Shown here piece by piece: positions 58,382 to 61,192 of a stretch of DNA of 61,192 nucleotides; position 1 is the stretch's first letter; the number at the start of each line of letters is the position of its first letter. The notes below the pieces were generated by a model. That model was given only the letters and a program-made list of their open reading frames with translations. It was not told the origin of the DNA and made no database searches. Source of the DNA: an uncultured Thermoplasmatales archaeon. GTDB taxonomy: Archaea; Thermoplasmatota; E2; UBA202; DSCA01. Location: assembly GCA_964514975.1 (NCBI GenBank), contig CAZESS010000011.1, forward strand, positions 1 through 61,192. Reading direction: 5' to 3'. The position numbers were made by a program, and so were the translations under genes.

Positions 58382-58783
58382 TCAGTCGAGCGGCAGGGTG
58401 AACGGCCCGAGGACCATCAGCCGGCCGGCGATGGTCGCCTGCACCAGTTCATCCTGATACGTGTATGAGACGACGGCTGACACGAGGATAGAGCCAAAGC
58501 CGAGCAGGCTGATAGTGCAAAGCGCCGACTCGCCTGGCTCGAGCGTGCCGGGCTGCCAGCCCAGGTCCCGGCCGAGCAAAACGAGCCCGCCGGCGATGGA
58601 AAGCATCTGCAGCCCCTCGATGGCGACCACGTCGTCATACATGTTGGTAATGCGCATCCGGATGCCAAGACCGGGTTCAAACGACCCCTCCAGGTCGGCC
58701 GGCGTAGCCCGTGCCGTCTCAACGCCTGCCAGCAGCGGCAGCGTGAGCAGGAGCGCCATGGCGACAGCCGTGGCTTTCTGCAT
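58382..58783 (-). CDS. Small secreted beta-sandwich protein (paralog of 35504-35914)
   Basis: SD GGAGGTGA, signal peptide; GLGIRMRITN, LEPGE, GFG, VLGPFTL. Confidence 0.7.
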   Translation of the reverse strand: MQKATAVAMALLLTLPLLAGVETARATPADLEGSFEPGLGIRMRITNMYDDVVAIEGLQMLSIAGGLVLLGRDLGWQPGTLEPGESALCTISLLGFGSILVSAVVSYTYQDELVQATIAGRLMVLGPFTLPLD

Positions 58784-58880
58784 TATGTCACCTCCACCTC
58801 TATAACCGCATGCGGCTATTAAAACATTCCGTCACTGGAATATAGCAGGCCAGTTCAAAAAAAGAAAAGAGGGAGAGCGG

Positions 58881-61076
58881 CTATCGTTCCTCGAACTCGG
58901 CGGCGATATCCTGATAACGCTTGAGCTCCTTTCTGGAGATGGGCTTGACCTCGTCGAGCGCCTGCTCGAAATGCCGCTTTTCGACCGTCAGCTGCTTGAG
59001 CTCCTCCGGATCGATGTCGTCGCGTGCAGCAACATATTCCCGGATGGCGAACATGACGGCCTCGTTTGCGACGGCGGCGATGTCTGAACCGGTGTAGCCG
59101 TCGGTTCTTTCGGCAATTCTTTCGGCAAGGCCGTCGAGTTCGACGTCGTCGGCCAGCGGCTTCCCCTGCATGTGGATGCGGAATATCTGCCGCCGTGCCT
59201 CAAGATCGGGCGTCGGCACATGGATGAGACGGTCGAAGCGGCCGGGACGGAGCAGTGCGGTGTCGATGATGTCAGGCCGGTTGGTGGCGGCGATGACCGT
59301 GACATCCCGGAGCTCCTCCAGACCGTCGAGCTCCGTGAGCAATTGACTGATAACTCGCTCCGTCACCTGTGAATCGCCGATGCCGCCCCGGGTTGGCGTG
59401 ATTGCATCCAGCTCGTCGAAGAAGATGACGGACGGGGCTGCCTGCCGGGCCTTCCGGAAGGTCTCCCTGACGGCTTTTTCGCTTTCACCGACCCATTTGG
59501 ACAGGAACTCCGGGCCTTTCACCGAGATGAAGTTCGCCTCGCTCTCGTTGGCGACGGCCTTCGCCAGCATGGTCTTCCCGGTGCCGGGCGGCCCGTAGAG
59601 CAGGATGCCCCGGGGAGAATCCGCATGCATGTGACGGAAGACATTCGCATAGCGGAGCGGCCATTCGACGCCCTCGCAGAGCGCCTGTTTCGCGTCGTCG
59701 AGACCACCGACATCCGTCCATGAAACGGTGGGCTTCTCGATGAGCACCTCGCGGAGCGCCGACGGGCTCATCGCCTTGAACGCCTCATAAAAATCATCCT
59801 CGGTTACCTGTATCCTGTTCAGCACGTCGGCCGGAATGTTTTCCTCCTCGAAATCGATGTCGGGCAGCACGCGCCGGAGCGCCCGCATGGCGGCTTCCTT
59901 GCTCAGCGCCTCGATGTCGGCACCGGAATATCCATGGGTGACATCGGCGAAATGGTCGAGGTCGACCTCCTCGTCGACGGGCATACCCCGGGTATGGATG
60001 GTCAGGATTTCACGGCGTCCCGCACGATCGGGGATACCAATCTCGATTTCGCGGTCGAATCGGCCGGGGCGGCGCAATGCCTCGTCGAGGTCGTTGATGC
60101 GGTTGGTGGCACCGATGACCACGACCTTGCCGCGCTCCTTGAGCCCGTCCATGAGTGCCAGGAGCTGCGCGACGACCCGACGTTCGACGTCACCGCGTGC
60201 CTCGCCTCGCTTGGGCGCTATCGAATCTATTTCGTCGATGAAGACGATGGACGGCGCATTTTCGGTCGCTTCGTTGAATATCTGCCGGAGGTTTTCTTCG
60301 CTTTGCCCGTAGTATTTGCTCATGATCTCCGGGCCGCTCAGGGTGTAGAAGTTGGCATTGGTTTCGTTGGCCACGGCTTTGGCGATGAGGGTTTTGCCCG
60401 TGCCCGGCGGGCCGTGGAGCAGGACGCCCTTGGGCGCCTCGACGCCGATTTTTTCGAACAGCTCAGGGTATTTCAGCGGGAGCTCTATCATTTCGCGTAC
60501 CTGTTTGATGGCGTCGCCGAGCCCGCCGATGTCCTCGTAGGTCACGCGGGGAGCCGCTGCCTCTGTTTCCTTCGCGGGCGTGTCGCTCAGGTTGACCGCT
60601 GTCTGCCGGGTGATGATGACGGCCTCGCTCGATGGTGACATGCCGGTGACGACGAGGTCGATTTTGCGGCCCATGACGTTGAGCTCGATGGTGTCACGCC
60701 TGGTGACAACGCGTCCCTCGAGTATCTGGGACAGGTACTGCTCGCCGCTGACGATGCGGAGTTCCTGTGTTGGCGCGAGGTTGATGCGCGTTGCCTCCTG
60801 TGCTGTTCCCCTGCGGACATGGACGCGGTCGTCGATGCCGGCGCCGGCGTTACGCCGGACGGTGCCGTCGATGCGGATGACTCCCGTACCGGCGTCCTCT
60901 GGATAGCCGGGCCAGAAAAGGGCGGCTGTCTGCTGTTTGCCGTCGATGGTGACGACGTCGCCGGGCTGGAGGGATAGCTGCTCCGCTATCACGGGGTCGA
61001 TGCGGGCGATGCCTCTGCCGACGTCCCTGGCACGGGCCTCTGCTACCTTTGCTGATATGTCATTTTGTGTGTTCAT
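58881..61076 (-). CDS. cdc48: CDC48/VAT AAA+ ATPase
   Basis: N-domain [10 protein letters not shown]; two AAA modules GPPGTGKT / IDEID and GPPGTGKT / FDELD; SD GGAGGT before MNTQ. Confidence 0.97.
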   Translation of the reverse strand: MNTQNDISAKVAEARARDVGRGIARIDPVIAEQLSLQPGDVVTIDGKQQTAALFWPGYPEDAGTGVIRIDGTVRRNAGAGIDDRVHVRRGTAQEATRINLAPTQELRIVSGEQYLSQILEGRVVTRRDTIELNVMGRKIDLVVTGMSPSSEAVIITRQTAVNLSDTPAKETEAAAPRVTYEDIGGLGDAIKQVREMIELPLKYPELFEKIGVEAPKGVLLHGPPGTGKTLIAKAVANETNANFYTLSGPEIMSKYYGQSEENLRQIFNEATENAPSIVFIDEIDSIAPKRGEARGDVERRVVAQLLALMDGLKERGKVVVIGATNRINDLDEALRRPGRFDREIEIGIPDRAGRREILTIHTRGMPVDEEVDLDHFADVTHGYSGADIEALSKEAAMRALRRVLPDIDFEEENIPADVLNRIQVTEDDFYEAFKAMSPSALREVLIEKPTVSWTDVGGLDDAKQALCEGVEWPLRYANVFRHMHADSPRGILLYGPPGTGKTMLAKAVANESEANFISVKGPEFLSKWVGESEKAVRETFRKARQAAPSVIFFDELDAITPTRGGIGDSQVTERVISQLLTELDGLEELRDVTVIAATNRPDIIDTALLRPGRFDRLIHVPTPDLEARRQIFRIHMQGKPLADDVELDGLAERIAERTDGYTGSDIAAVANEAVMFAIREYVAARDDIDPEELKQLTVEKRHFEQALDEVKPISRKELKRYQDIAAEFEER

Positions 61077-61192
61077 ATTGTGGTACCTCCACTGCTGGAA
61101 TATGTATATTAGCACTACTATAAATATTTATCGCATATTTAGTCTCTGCGAATGAGATTTTTTCCGAAAAATTTCAACAGAATTAAAAGCAG

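Noticed and set aside
58802-58819. Near-palindrome ATAACCGCATGCGGCTAT between TATA and start of ORF 58382-58783
   Set aside because: Single occurrence; not seen upstream of its paralog; too weak to call.
61109-61116. CIRCE element upstream of cdc48 (TTAGCACT)
   Set aside because: Half-site only; no GAGTGCTAA partner at the expected spacing.
1-61192. CRISPR array or cas genes suggested by the CARF gene
   Set aside because: No regularly spaced repeats or cas ORFs seen by eye.

Overview
GC-rich archaeal chromosome segment. Gene content and style (class II HMG-CoA reductase, PurP, Elp3, Trm112, CDC48/VAT, PGF-CTERM and NosD/PKD surface proteins, TATA boxes about 25 nt before many ATGs) fit an anaerobic Thermoplasmatota lineage; this taxonomy is inferred, not proven. 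Most of the window is housekeeping (tRNA-Pro(GGG), truA, elp3, glyS, guaAB, purE, purP, cdc48), transport, very large secreted mosaic proteins, and a 7-gene Fur/PerR-led oxidative-stress operon. Best candidates for something new: (1) an AT-rich four-gene island after glyS (about 29.9-33.5 kb) encoding a single-domain AAA+ ATPase, a CARF-wHTH regulator, an Nmad2-like protein and an Nmad3-like/NucS-like nuclease fusion, a plausible signal-regulated, modification-dependent anti-virus system; (2) a LuxE-like acyl-activating enzyme coupled to a transglutaminase-fold enzyme instead of LuxC, under two tandem palindromic operators; (3) a self-contained structured small RNA of about 90 nt with an anti-Shine-Dalgarno/anti-AUG loop; (4) a 111-bp MITE with a perfect 9-bp target duplication, and an IS200/IS605-type left end at the window edge. 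All family calls are from motif recognition by eye; no searches were run.
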